This document shows positions 39,155-50,700 of a stretch of DNA of 64,000 nucleotides, piece after piece (position 1 is the stretch's first letter; each line of letters opens with the position of its first letter). The notes beneath the pieces were generated by a model. That model had not been told where the DNA came from, did no database searches, and saw nothing but the letters and a program-made list of their open reading frames with translations. Origin of the DNA: a virus. Made by a program: the position numbers and the translations under genes. Location: the IMG/VR virus record IMGVR_UViG_3300008952_002784, positions 32,001 to 96,000 of that record. One strand, 5' to 3'.

Positions 39155-42100
39155 ATGCCCACATTCGGCCCAAAAGATGGTAATAAGTTACCATATGACT
39201 TAAAAACAATGTTCGTTTCTGAGAAGGGCGACTTATATCATTCATCAAACGATTTAGTTGCATGGTTTAGAGTTGTATCTGAGCCAGAAACACGAAATGG
39301 TACTTCTGGGTACGAAATGAATGCTCACTTTTCTGAGATTGCTGCATCTTCTGGTTCGTTTTCTGGGTCTATGAATGTCCCACCAGGATTCTCTTCAACA
39401 GAAGTAAAATATCTGACCGGCGCAGTCACATCAGGAAGAGGAAAATCAAGTTTGGATCTCCCTGCTATGGAGATTCTAAGACCCAGACGCGCTAAAACAG
39501 GTAGCTATTTTAAGATAACAGACTCAGAAGCTTTAAAAAATCTTTCTTTTGATGCCGGCGACGGTGGCGACAACAAAGATCCTGCATTTACATTTACATG
39601 CTGGGTAAAGCCACCAGCTAATACGTCCATAGTGAAGAATTCAGCAATTCATAGAGATGCTGTTAGACAATCCGGTACGATGGGATTAGTGTGGAAAGAT
39701 TATCAGTATAGTATGTGGATTAAGACAGGTACACTTGCCTGCTCGATATATCATATAACAGATGATCAAACAAACCCTGCAGGCATAGATAGAATATCTG
39801 CATTTACAGGGCAGGTAATTGGTGATGACCAGCCAGCTACATCTCATACAGGATCACTAAGGTCCGGCCCAGACATGTCAGCACAAAGAGGTCCATGGTG
39901 GCACGTAGCAGCAACATACGATGGGAGCCAAAGCGCGTCGGGAATGAAGCTATATGTAAATGGAATTCCCACACTAGCAGGAACATCTAGTAGATACACA
40001 GGGCCAACATTCTCAGGTGCTTCAGGAATGGTTCATACTGGGAGTGGGTTTTATATCGGTGCTGCAAGAGATGAAGATGACAGAGAAGTTTTCATTACGG
40101 GATCAATTTCTGATGTAGCTATCTGGAAGACAAACTTAACAGACGAGGGAATTAGAGCAGTTTATCATGCATCACTTAACGGAATGCGAAAAGCAAGATC
40201 TGGATATCTAACAAACCCGCCAAGAGTTAGATTGCATGAATATGATAATAAATACGGGACAGATACATACCACTATCCAGCAGCGAAAAGACTGCTAGGC
40301 GATGTTGACTTCAAGGGTAATAAGAAGTCTTGGTATGATGATACTAGATCAATTTATTTTCAATCACCATTTGCAGAATCTAAGATCTATTTTTGGAAAA
40401 GGCCAGAGCACAAGACAAAAATATCGCTAGAGGATAATCGTACAAACCCGCACAAGGTTCACTTTATATTCGATCACAATACTGGATCTGTGGGTGAAAT
40501 AGTCAACATTACTAGCGGCACTACATCTGGCACAGTATTTGACTTGACAGTAGGCATTCAAGGGAAGTATTCTGCTGAGAAAGTAAGTAAGGCATTTATT
40601 CGTGCAGTAAACGAATGTAAGCAACTTCATATTCGTGCAGAAAGATTCTACGACGACGATGACCCAGGAACAGTTTCACCTGTAAGACTAACTCAGCAGA
40701 ATGTGGGTAGCACCGGTAATACTGTCATCGGTTTGACAGGATCAGTCAATATTCACATAAAGAATGTGCCCTCAGGATCACCAGATTTGAGAACACCGAC
40801 TGGGCTGACAGACATAAAGAGATTCACTGGGGGTAGTGAGAGAAAAGTCGTCTATCCTATGATGTTACAATCATCAAGTATTTATCTAACATCATCAATT
40901 GTTAGCCCAAATCTATTTTCACCCCAGTCTCAAGCATCAGGATCATCTAATATAACACCGTCACAATGGGGCGGCGGAATTGTCGCTCCCGGGGTTGTCA
41001 AAAAAGGAGTATCAGATCACAGTGCCAGACACGGGTCTATAGACATAAACCCAGCACGTCTTTTCGAAAGAACAGGCATAAAATCCCAGACAGTCGAATC
41101 AGATTTAGGGCAATACAAATTACAGGGTTCTGGCACATTTGACCAGACAGAGTTCACCCGCGAAGTACTGACGCCGTTTGATGAGTCAGCACATCCGTTC
41201 TCATTTGACTTTAGACACAATAGGTTAGTTGATCCTAAACATAGCACAGATTTGTCTATGTCTGGCGAATTCTTTGGAACGGGATCAAACCCGTCCATTG
41301 TTGGTTATGGATTTGCTTCAAAATTGGGTTCAAAGCATGTAATTGAAATTGATTTGACGCCCACCACCGGATCAACTCAGTTAAAGTATACTACAGGCTC
41401 CGGTCAAATGACAATGGCATACTTTCAATTCAATGAGCATAACAAGGGCGGCTCACCAGCAAAAGGCGACGGACCAGACTATACATATTATGATGCAGAA
41501 GGGCCATCTAGATCATTTAAGGGAATTGGGTTGCAAAAGCAACTGCTTCTTTCTGCATCTGCATCTGACATTATTGACTCTGGTCAAGACGCTCCTGGAG
41601 GTCCAAGTAGCCCATCGACTGCTGAATTAAATTATTTTGTTGATAATCTATACGCCGGCTTTGGCCAGGGTACTTTGCAAAGATCTCATAATGAAAAGTC
41701 ACACCCGGCCGGCCCACGTGGTAAAGGCGCGGGTGTAATAAAGCGCACATGGGATAACGCATCATGGTCATCTCCAATAACTACATTTGGGTTTCCGTTT
41801 CATCCAAAGTATCATGCCACATCATCAATGACCTACCCACTGTCAGGTGTTATCGACGGTCCTTTCTTATTCGAAAAGGCAGTGTATGTATTTAAAGCAA
41901 GGACAACGGGTTCAAATGTTATCTCTTGGGGTGAGGGAAAGAATCAGGACGAAGACTGGGGAGGCCCAGATTACGGCGGCACTACAACAATTTCTGACTG
42001 GTCTAACTTGAGCTATGATACAACGCTCTCTAGCGCTCAACTCGGCCTTCAGTACCCAGCATATGCAAATCTTCCAGCGTACACATTTTTTATTCTGAAT

Positions 42101-45019
42101 CAGAGAAAAGCCAACGTAGACTCAGGTGTCGAACAGGCAGTGAACAGAGTTACGATGGTTGACAATCTATATACTAATACGGGATCAGCAAGCACTGACA
42201 TTGCTGAGTACCCTATTGCCAGACCGTTTATGATACCTACTGGGGCCATGTCTTCCGGGCACACTAGCATACAGACAGGCTCAAGTGTAACTCAAGGGTA
42301 CCAAATTTCGAAAGATGGCCCTGGGCTTTATGTTGACACAATTAGAGATATTGTTTCATTTTCCAGATTTATGCTAGCACCAGATATTGTCAGTGGGTCA
42401 GACCCAATGGCATACGCAAAAACAATACAGACAAAGAAAGGGGGATTTAAAGTTGACCCAAGAACATATGCAGACACAGTTATATCTGGTGTCAACCCGA
42501 ACAGCGAGTTTGTATTGGCCGCCGGAGGGTCGTCACTAGGGTCACACAATTTAAATTTAGATGGTGAAGTAATATCTTTGGCATTTGAAGCTCGATGTCC
42601 AATTCCAAACAAAAGATCAGGGCTTATGTTTTTGGGAGGACAAGACTGGACAGACGAAGGCCAGGCACAATTTGTTGACTCTCTTCAGACAGGCTATAAT
42701 AATCCTGGGTCTAGTGGTTTGGGAATATCATCGGGAAGAAGAATATTAGGTGGAGAATTTCCGGGACTAAACACGCTTTATAGAAATGACTTTAAATTTG
42801 GCACTGTATCCGAAGGCTTTATTGATAATGCCGAAAAAGATTATAAAGTTGCACCGTATCTTTTGCACCCGTCAGATGAGTTGATATTTGGCTGGCAAGC
42901 CCCCCTTCCTCAATCAATATCAGGGAGTAGTTATTCTCAACCTCAACCAGGCGGCCATGGCAATGCAGGTGACTGGGCTTCTGGTTCAAACTATTGCGGT
43001 TGGACTTTCCCCCCGCCATCAGTTTCAGGATATAATCCAGCACCCGGCGGAGGAGATAGATTACCCTCAATTCAAATACTTCCAGGTGAGGGAAAGCTTT
43101 ATATATTCGGGACGTATATCAAAGAGGGTAGCGAAAAAGTAGAACCAACCAGCACTCCAACGTCACTAAATATTCACGAAGCAATTATTGGTGGGTCAGA
43201 AGTATATGATCAATTTGATACAGAGCCTGCAATGATGCATAGCGGGACAATCTACGATAATATTGTAGAGGGTTCAATGAATGCCAGAGGCTTAGAGCTC
43301 AAACATAAAGACTCTGCTATCGTTCGAAGGGTATACAGCAGACAGTCAGAGTCAACAGCTGGGAGCACAGGATCATTCACAAGAGGTGTTCGGTTAGTAG
43401 ATCTAAATGAAAGATTTTATGACACATATTTGCCCGACTTGGGTGAAATGATGAAGATCAATGGAGATAGCCTTTTGGACGGTGCATCTGTGGGTGTTTC
43501 GAAATCGGGCAAGATGCTGACAATTGATGTGTCATACTCTGAACTAGACGGCGCCGGGGATTCTAATGATGTCTCCGGTGTTATAACAATACCTACACCA
43601 CACAGTGGTACTCACAATGTTTTAGTTTTGTCACAACCCTCATACTTTAGTGCGTCTAATAAGACGTCAGGTGACATTGTCCATGTGCAAAATGAAGGCC
43701 CGGCCGATGCATTTGATACGCAGTGGCCCATGATATTTCCATTTGAGCCAAAATATGCAAATATTGATAGATTATCTTCTCCTATCGACAAGAATAAGAG
43801 CATGGCAGTCATAACAGGATCAGACGGATCTAAAATTAGAGACGGAAAAATCACACATGTGCTATTGACTGGAACGCTTTCCTTTATGAAAAGTATAGGC
43901 GCAGGCCCAATAGACACAGAGTATGTATACGGTCATAGAAACATACGATATGCTTATAAGTTTGCCAACTTAAGTTCAAATAAAGTAGATGGACTTTCCT
44001 CAATGGGATTCCACTCAGCATCAGATGGTGGCGCCTCTTGGACGTCTGTTGACTCATGGGCTCACGGAACTTACGGTTATATGACCAGATCAAATGGCTA
44101 TATTATCCGAACCGGTGCATTTAAACTAAATGGAAGACATTATAAGACAACAGAGTCATCATACGGTTATATTGTTGACAATGCAGATTATTATGCAAAT
44201 TTGCATCCCAATGCTTTTGGCCCAGGCGGAGATCTGCACCCGGATAATACAGACTCTGATAGTGATTCTTCTCATTTTTGGTATAACTGGGATGCAGTTT
44301 TTGGTCAAGGCAGCGCCCCATCACACGGAAATACTTCCCCACGCGGCCTTATGACCGGCACTATAGCAGCAGAGAATAACTCCGGCGCCGGCGGAGTATT
44401 GGCTGACACAGAAGACAATCGAACGTTTGCAAATGGATTGCCTCCATCAAATTTGCCATTATCATCTGCTGTAGATCATATACAGTTTAATAGTCAAGTA
44501 GGATTCAATTTGACTGCACTGTATTTTGGCATCGGCGACGGCGTACACAATACTGTACAATTTGGAAGAACATCGGCTCCCGTAGGTAATGCTTTGAGAA
44601 CGATCAATAACAGTTATTATTTGCTCCACAAAACTCAAAAGTTTTATTTGATGTCTCAGCCTGTACTGCGAGGATTTAGATATGGAGTAAAAAACATAAA
44701 ACCAGAAAAGTCATCAGCAGTATTTAGTAGAACTCATTATGGTCACTTTAGAGATATGCATGAGCAACGTCTGTATAGTCGATTTACAAATGCTGACGGC
44801 TTGCAAGATCCTGTCATTACATCACTATTTGTTGATAGAGGAACGGGAAATGTAACATCGCCAGAAAGTACAAATTGTCAGAATCTAAGTCAACATTCCA
44901 CGTCATCGCTACCTTACTTTGATGGAGAAGCAAGGGATAGAAAATCAATACCTCCTGATATGGATATTTCTTCAACTAGCATAACAATTATAGACACTAC
45001 TGACTTAACCGAATTGTAG
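39155..45019 (+). CDS. 1954-aa virion protein with an N-terminal LamG/concanavalin-like domain (fibre or baseplate appendage)
   Basis: 'FTFTCWVK', 'WWHVAATYDG', 'KLYVNG', 'GSISDVAIW..NL' LamG signature; structural operon. Confidence 0.7.
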   Translation: MPTFGPKDGNKLPYDLKTMFVSEKGDLYHSSNDLVAWFRVVSEPETRNGTSGYEMNAHFSEIAASSGSFSGSMNVPPGFSSTEVKYLTGAVTSGRGKSSLDLPAMEILRPRRAKTGSYFKITDSEALKNLSFDAGDGGDNKDPAFTFTCWVKPPANTSIVKNSAIHRDAVRQSGTMGLVWKDYQYSMWIKTGTLACSIYHITDDQTNPAGIDRISAFTGQVIGDDQPATSHTGSLRSGPDMSAQRGPWWHVAATYDGSQSASGMKLYVNGIPTLAGTSSRYTGPTFSGASGMVHTGSGFYIGAARDEDDREVFITGSISDVAIWKTNLTDEGIRAVYHASLNGMRKARSGYLTNPPRVRLHEYDNKYGTDTYHYPAAKRLLGDVDFKGNKKSWYDDTRSIYFQSPFAESKIYFWKRPEHKTKISLEDNRTNPHKVHFIFDHNTGSVGEIVNITSGTTSGTVFDLTVGIQGKYSAEKVSKAFIRAVNECKQLHIRAERFYDDDDPGTVSPVRLTQQNVGSTGNTVIGLTGSVNIHIKNVPSGSPDLRTPTGLTDIKRFTGGSERKVVYPMMLQSSSIYLTSSIVSPNLFSPQSQASGSSNITPSQWGGGIVAPGVVKKGVSDHSARHGSIDINPARLFERTGIKSQTVESDLGQYKLQGSGTFDQTEFTREVLTPFDESAHPFSFDFRHNRLVDPKHSTDLSMSGEFFGTGSNPSIVGYGFASKLGSKHVIEIDLTPTTGSTQLKYTTGSGQMTMAYFQFNEHNKGGSPAKGDGPDYTYYDAEGPSRSFKGIGLQKQLLLSASASDIIDSGQDAPGGPSSPSTAELNYFVDNLYAGFGQGTLQRSHNEKSHPAGPRGKGAGVIKRTWDNASWSSPITTFGFPFHPKYHATSSMTYPLSGVIDGPFLFEKAVYVFKARTTGSNVISWGEGKNQDEDWGGPDYGGTTTISDWSNLSYDTTLSSAQLGLQYPAYANLPAYTFFILNQRKANVDSGVEQAVNRVTMVDNLYTNTGSASTDIAEYPIARPFMIPTGAMSSGHTSIQTGSSVTQGYQISKDGPGLYVDTIRDIVSFSRFMLAPDIVSGSDPMAYAKTIQTKKGGFKVDPRTYADTVISGVNPNSEFVLAAGGSSLGSHNLNLDGEVISLAFEARCPIPNKRSGLMFLGGQDWTDEGQAQFVDSLQTGYNNPGSSGLGISSGRRILGGEFPGLNTLYRNDFKFGTVSEGFIDNAEKDYKVAPYLLHPSDELIFGWQAPLPQSISGSSYSQPQPGGHGNAGDWASGSNYCGWTFPPPSVSGYNPAPGGGDRLPSIQILPGEGKLYIFGTYIKEGSEKVEPTSTPTSLNIHEAIIGGSEVYDQFDTEPAMMHSGTIYDNIVEGSMNARGLELKHKDSAIVRRVYSRQSESTAGSTGSFTRGVRLVDLNERFYDTYLPDLGEMMKINGDSLLDGASVGVSKSGKMLTIDVSYSELDGAGDSNDVSGVITIPTPHSGTHNVLVLSQPSYFSASNKTSGDIVHVQNEGPADAFDTQWPMIFPFEPKYANIDRLSSPIDKNKSMAVITGSDGSKIRDGKITHVLLTGTLSFMKSIGAGPIDTEYVYGHRNIRYAYKFANLSSNKVDGLSSMGFHSASDGGASWTSVDSWAHGTYGYMTRSNGYIIRTGAFKLNGRHYKTTESSYGYIVDNADYYANLHPNAFGPGGDLHPDNTDSDSDSSHFWYNWDAVFGQGSAPSHGNTSPRGLMTGTIAAENNSGAGGVLADTEDNRTFANGLPPSNLPLSSAVDHIQFNSQVGFNLTALYFGIGDGVHNTVQFGRTSAPVGNALRTINNSYYLLHKTQKFYLMSQPVLRGFRYGVKNIKPEKSSAVFSRTHYGHFRDMHEQRLYSRFTNADGLQDPVITSLFVDRGTGNVTSPESTNCQNLSQHSTSSLPYFDGEARDRKSIPPDMDISSTSITIIDTTDLTEL

Positions 45020-45030
45020 AGTAATGTAAT

Positions 45031-45408
45031 ATGGCATCAAGCATTGATAAAAAATCGATTAAAACTTCTGAAAAACTATTAGTTGCCGATAATGAAGGCC
45101 AGATTTCATCTTTAGTTTTCCCGCATAAGATGCAAATAGGAATCCCTAGCAAAGATTATAATAGTAATTTAGAAGTGTACGGCTCAGTAATATTAAAGGG
45201 TGAAGAGAGTGTTGTCGCATCAAAAAATACATCGATGTTTCGAGGTGGTGGATTTATTTACGCTAATAGTTCAGTCATGACAGGTTCTCTAACATTTCCG
45301 GAAAATTATAATGGATTGATAATGGGCCCATACGTGATAGGTGATACATGCACCTTGACAATATCATCAGGCTCGTCATTAGTAGTGAAAGGATTTGAAG
45401 ACTTTTAG
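45031..45408 (+). CDS. Small tail-fibre-associated protein
   Basis: C-terminal 'N...TFPENYNGLIMGPYVI...LTISSGSSLVV' resembles phage fibre adaptor motifs. Confidence 0.5.
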   Translation: MASSIDKKSIKTSEKLLVADNEGQISSLVFPHKMQIGIPSKDYNSNLEVYGSVILKGEESVVASKNTSMFRGGGFIYANSSVMTGSLTFPENYNGLIMGPYVIGDTCTLTISSGSSLVVKGFEDF

Positions 45409-45416
45409 GAAAGAAT

Positions 45417-46748
45417 ATGAGTAAACTCAAAGTAAATAAAATAGGCCCGCTAAGTGGAAATTCTTTCACAATTCTTGATGATGACGGTTCATCATCTAGA
45501 ATAACAATTGATACATCAGGTAACGTAGGTATAGGGCAATCGTCACCTTCAGCTAAGCTAGAAATAGAGGTAGGCTCTGCAGACGGAGTAACCGGTTTAT
45601 TGATTGATGCAGATGATGCAGATCAAATTGCATTGCAAATAGAATCAGATCAGACTACTGTAGATGTTATTGATATTACAGCAGACTCACTAACCACAGG
45701 TTATGTAATCGACATATCTGCTGATGCTCTAACATCAGGGAGAATACTAAACCTGGATTCTGATTCTTCTAGCACTTCAACTAGATATCTAGTTCATCTT
45801 GCTAATAATAATACTGCAGCGGTAAACACTATTCCGCTTATCATACAGCAAGACGCAGTTGAAATTGCTGCAAGAATATGGACGTCTCAATCATCATTTA
45901 CAGAGCCGTTATTAGAAGTGAAAAATCTAGGTTCAGATGCTCAAGGTCCTATTTTACGTCTAACCAAGAATGGATCATCAGCTGCAGCAGCTGATGAATG
46001 CGGTGAGATAAGCTTTTATGGCGAAGACTCTGACGGTAATGCTACTGAGTTTGGCAATATTCAATGTATTCAGATAGATGAGACAGCAGGCTCTGAAGAA
46101 GGAGCTCTTGTTTTTTCTGTCGCAGAGTATGATGGCACACTTACTGAAGGGATGAGAATATTGGGTCATTCAGCTGGTGCTAGAACTCAAGTATTGATTG
46201 GCCGGTCAACTTCATCATTTTCCACCCTGTTTGACTGCTATGCTAACTTGTCTGGATATGCAGGATCTTTTTACAATGATGGCGACTCTAGTGACCGAAA
46301 GGGTATTTACATCGTATGCGGCCCCGACACCCCGGCTTCTCAAGGTGATTGCGTATACATAGGCTTCGCCGACGGCAACTCAACAGCCGCGGGAGGAATT
46401 CAATGTGGCTCAACAGTAGCAAACCCTGAATTCTTCAACGGATCAGATGCTAGAATTAAAAACAATATTGCACCTACTAAAGTTATTGGCCTAGATGTAA
46501 TTAATGGGCTTGAAATGAAGGAATTTCGATGGGATCCTGATTTTTGCTCATACTCTGGGTTAAATAGAATTGGTTTTATTGCTCAAAATTGTGAAAACGT
46601 ATATCCTGAAATGGTTTCTGAGCATGATCATAATTTGTATGACTTCGACATCAAGACAGTTGCAAAAGGAGAACTAATTCCAGTTCTAGTTAAAGCAATT
46701 CAGGAATTAAGCAATAAGATTGATTACATAGAGTCACAATTATCATGA
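45417..46748 (+). CDS. Tail fibre/spike with C-terminal intramolecular chaperone (peptidase S74)
   Basis: 'MSKLKVNKI', 'GNVGIG..SPSAKLEI'; cleavage motif 'SDARIKNNI', 'IGFIAQ', 'LIPVLVKAIQEL' coiled coil. Confidence 0.85.
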   Translation: MSKLKVNKIGPLSGNSFTILDDDGSSSRITIDTSGNVGIGQSSPSAKLEIEVGSADGVTGLLIDADDADQIALQIESDQTTVDVIDITADSLTTGYVIDISADALTSGRILNLDSDSSSTSTRYLVHLANNNTAAVNTIPLIIQQDAVEIAARIWTSQSSFTEPLLEVKNLGSDAQGPILRLTKNGSSAAAADECGEISFYGEDSDGNATEFGNIQCIQIDETAGSEEGALVFSVAEYDGTLTEGMRILGHSAGARTQVLIGRSTSSFSTLFDCYANLSGYAGSFYNDGDSSDRKGIYIVCGPDTPASQGDCVYIGFADGNSTAAGGIQCGSTVANPEFFNGSDARIKNNIAPTKVIGLDVINGLEMKEFRWDPDFCSYSGLNRIGFIAQNCENVYPEMVSEHDHNLYDFDIKTVAKGELIPVLVKAIQELSNKIDYIESQLS

Positions 46749-46769
46749 TCGATGAAAGTTTGCTTAGGG

Positions 46770-46776
46770 ATAGTTA
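46770..46776 (+). promoter_or_regulatory. Candidate late-promoter motif ATAGTTA
   Basis: ATA-N-TTA ending 6 nt before the ATG at 46783. Confidence 0.3.
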
Positions 46777-46782
46777 GATTAC

Positions 46783-47775
46783 ATGGCAGGAATTCTTAAC
46801 AATAAACAACGTGTATTCGACTTTATCTTTACAGATCAAGGAAAAGAACAGCTAGTCAACAATTCACTGGAAATAAAGTATGCATCTTTTACAGATAGGC
46901 ATACCTTCTATGAGACTTCAGGTTCAGATCGAGTAGCTACTGATGCTTCAAATAGAATAATGTTTGAAGCAGTGTCTAGAGCTAGTGACTTAATAGTAGT
47001 AGAGTACGATCCACTAGGGAAAGTCAAGCCATTCAAAGCCGGCGACTTTTCATATGGCGGAATGTCTGTCCTCACATCTTCTGTTGACTTAGAAAGCAGC
47101 GGTACTATAGTCACACAACTCACAGGCGCAGCAATCCTCGAGTCAGCAGACAGTCTTATTCATGCCATATCAAATAATTTCAGAGATCAGCAGCTATTAG
47201 GTACGCTTGACTCAACATCTTCAACAGAGGGTTTTGAAGTTGACAAGACTAGTCACACGTTTACTGTTGACGACACAAAACCCCACCCACACGGATCCCT
47301 AGCAGACACTGATACACTAGGTACTAATGCAAATAGAAATATCAACGTAGCATCAGTAAACGCAATTGAGAGCTTATTTCACGATAGAAGATTGGCACAC
47401 TTGCCCAATTTTAAATATTTACCGCCAGTAAATCCAATCCAACCCGGGAGTACTTCACCACCTCCCCTGGGGTCATATGTAAATCTTAATCAATCGTCTA
47501 TAATGACTATCCAAGATTTAGAAGCAAATTTGGATAGTAAAGAATACGTTGATATTGACTTTATTGAGACATCAAGAGATAACAATATTATCGTTCAGCC
47601 GTTTGAGTTTAGATCAGACACAGGATTTAGCAAGCTAGCAATAATCGACTACGGAGAATTTGAAGATGAAGATCCTTCTTCTTTCGGTAAAAGAGTCTTT
47701 TTTGTAGGCAAGCTATTAGTAGATGATTTCGGGCAACAAACATTTGTCAATGTCTTTACAGTGGTGTTCGACTAA
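46783..47775 (+). CDS. Virion protein; N-terminus paralogous to 57660 (fibre-docking-like)
   Basis: 'MAGILNN..RVFDFIFTDQGKEQL....LEIKYASFTD' versus 'MGFLDH...IVDAVLTEKGREIL....FQVVQYTLAD'. Confidence 0.6.
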   Translation: MAGILNNKQRVFDFIFTDQGKEQLVNNSLEIKYASFTDRHTFYETSGSDRVATDASNRIMFEAVSRASDLIVVEYDPLGKVKPFKAGDFSYGGMSVLTSSVDLESSGTIVTQLTGAAILESADSLIHAISNNFRDQQLLGTLDSTSSTEGFEVDKTSHTFTVDDTKPHPHGSLADTDTLGTNANRNINVASVNAIESLFHDRRLAHLPNFKYLPPVNPIQPGSTSPPPLGSYVNLNQSSIMTIQDLEANLDSKEYVDIDFIETSRDNNIIVQPFEFRSDTGFSKLAIIDYGEFEDEDPSSFGKRVFFVGKLLVDDFGQQTFVNVFTVVFD

Positions 47776-50700
47776 TGAAAGTATTACAGCAAGTATCAAC
47801 TTCGACAACACTACAACAAGGTGCAGCTAATATAACTAGCGGCAAAAGTAGCAAAACGTCTACAGCTGCTTCTATTTCATCTTTAGCATCATCACCAGGT
47901 GTAACAGGTATATCAGTTTCGCAAGGTATCTCAGCTGCTTCAGCAGTCTCTAGCGTATCTAGTTTAGCCACACTGGGAACCACAAGAATGATTCCGATAA
48001 CAGATCCATCAATTTCGTTTAGTGATGTATTCGAAATTGATTCTGACCGAGGTTTATCTTTACTGGTTGATTTATTACCGGGACAATATGTCGATGATCA
48101 AAACTTGGGTGTTTTGTCCACAGAGGGTGATTTTACTTATCAGCTTAGATTCTTCATTGATAAAACAGCAGCAATATCAAATTCTGTAACAAAAGTAGTG
48201 TTCAAGTTTTTCGAAGATCCGACAGGTACAGCCACTTCAAGAGAAACTAGTGGGCTAAGAAATACTAATTTGAACGATGCACTGAGCTCTGTGTCTATGA
48301 TAAAAGGAAGGACAGCAGCATATAGTTCTGCAGTTTCAGCGCTTAGTACTTCTCCAGTTGTGTCATCTGTTAGCACAATATCACCCGCCACTAGTATCGC
48401 AACGTCTGTTGCATCTGTATCACTAACATCTCATCAATTAGAATTGATTAGTTCAACCTCAGCAACTGGTTATTTTAAAGAAGTGTCTGTTGATTTGTCC
48501 TCCTATCTTGGCATTGATGAAATACCATCTGTTACAGAATTAGCAGGGGGTGTCTTAGCGTCTATTCCAATTACATATACATTTGGTGTAAGTACAGCAG
48601 CAACACCGACAGCTGTTTCTGAAAAAATAACAAAGGGCTCACATACTACTATAACATCTCAAATTGATCTAAAGCCAAAAGCTTTATCTGTCAATCCATT
48701 CAATAATGCAGGATTAGAAAATGGAAATGGATTGACAACATCAACTACATCTGTTACTAATAGAATGTCATCTAACGCCGGCGTCACTGCAGTGCAAAAT
48801 TCTTTAATTGATCCAGCTGCACTTGGTCAATTATCATTTTCAGGAGCAACAATAAGTAGTGCGATGGGAACTTCCATCCCCGGCCTCGGTAGTATGGGTG
48901 CTTCTTCATTTTCTATGGGTAACGTTACATCGACAGGAATAAACAGTGTAGCAACAATGCAATCATTGCCAAACCCAGTAGCATTTGGCGTGTCATCTCC
49001 GATTAGTAATTTGAACAGTAATCTTGGATCGTTATCTATAGGAAATGATGACAATAAAACAGTATTGAATTCAACTGCTATGAGTAATTTCTCTCAGGAT
49101 TTATTTTCTAATCCTATAACTGATCTAAGCGCGCCAATAGACTCTATCTCGACATTGTCGTTACCTGCCAGCATAGCATCAGTAAGCATAGGCGAAATAC
49201 AGTCTGAATTAATTGAGATAATACAAAACGTTTCATTTGGCATAGATTTCTTAGCACAAAGAGAGAAATTTTATGTTGTTGTTGAATTGATGGGCGACAA
49301 CGGTGCAACACCGATTGCAACAAAAGAATTCTCCGTTCTTCACAGAGACATGTTGATCGAATTTTTATATCCCAGTATACCCCCTGCTGTTTCTTGTACT
49401 CTGAGTTTAGGTGATGTCAACAACATAATGATAACTCAACGAGATCCGATTGGAACACACGTAAGAATAGAAAGGAAGATAGTCGACCCAGACAACATGG
49501 ACAACGGATTTCAAGTTATTGAAGACAAGATTTTAGTGTCACCCTCTATGGGAAGCATAATATATACTGACAGAGACGCGAATTGTTATAATCCCAAGTC
49601 TGCAATTTATCGAGTTACGCCTATAGGCCCTACTGGAGGTGAGGGAACAACGTTTGGCTGGACAGTTGTCAACGGAGTTCCTGTGCCCGAACCTGTAAAA
49701 AAGAGTGATAGTAAATATAGTGTAGTACTCAGTGCTGAGAATTCGGGTGACGGAATAAAGATTGAATTGTCGAATATTTCTGAAGCAATTCAGTCTATTA
49801 CGTTGCTCAAAAAATGCTATTCTCTACGTGGTTTTCCTTCTCATTCTGAATATACACGAATTCCAATTCAGGGAAAGACAGTCTATAATTTGCCAGAGGG
49901 TAAAAAATCAGTAACTGTATTCGACAAGTCAGTTGTATCCAATTACGAGTACTTGTATCAGTGTGAAGTACACCCACGAGGCTTTGCAAGTTCTGAAGTT
50001 GCCAACGGTTACGCGCTCAAGGAGTATATAGCACCCGTGAGAGATAATGCTGCTGCGTCTATAGACGGATTTACATATGATAAAACAATTGGCGGTATAA
50101 AGTACAATTTGTCATCAACGCCTTCTGAACAATCATATCAAAGCATTCAAAATCTACTCAAGTTAGCAAATGTTGCTGAATCGTTCATTGAAGATCTTAA
50201 CGAAAATAGGTCTAGACTTGACGAGATGATAATGTTCCATGTTTCCAGATTCAATCTAAGCTCCGGAAAGAAATATTCGTACGGGATTTACCCACCGGGA
50301 AAATTTGAAGACAGTGCTAAAGTTCAAGGAGCGAAAAATATTCCAGCTTTAGAGCCGGGAGTAACTTATCGATATGTCAATGAATTGATGCTGACGCCCC
50401 CCGAAATACTATTCAAAGACGCTGTGACCAAGATATCTACTCAGGGTCTAGTAGAGACAACAACATCAGTTTTGTCAGAGAAATTTTATAGCTCTTTGCT
50501 TGGCGATAGGCGTATGCCAAGTCAAAGAGAACTGAACGATCGATCATCATCATCAGAAAAGCAGATATATCGAGGCAGAACAGGGATTGAGCTATCTCAA
50601 GAATACACAATCCCAGCAATACCTCCAGAGATATTATCAATAAGCGCTAGAAAGTCTTGTCTTGGGATTAATAATGTAACTTTCACATGCTCAGGAGATA

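Noticed and set aside
32360-45019. Recurring DNA word acaggatc/tcaggatc as a dispersed DNA repeat
   Set aside because: It is the preferred-codon spelling of TGS/SGS; synonymous variants are common and the flanks are unrelated
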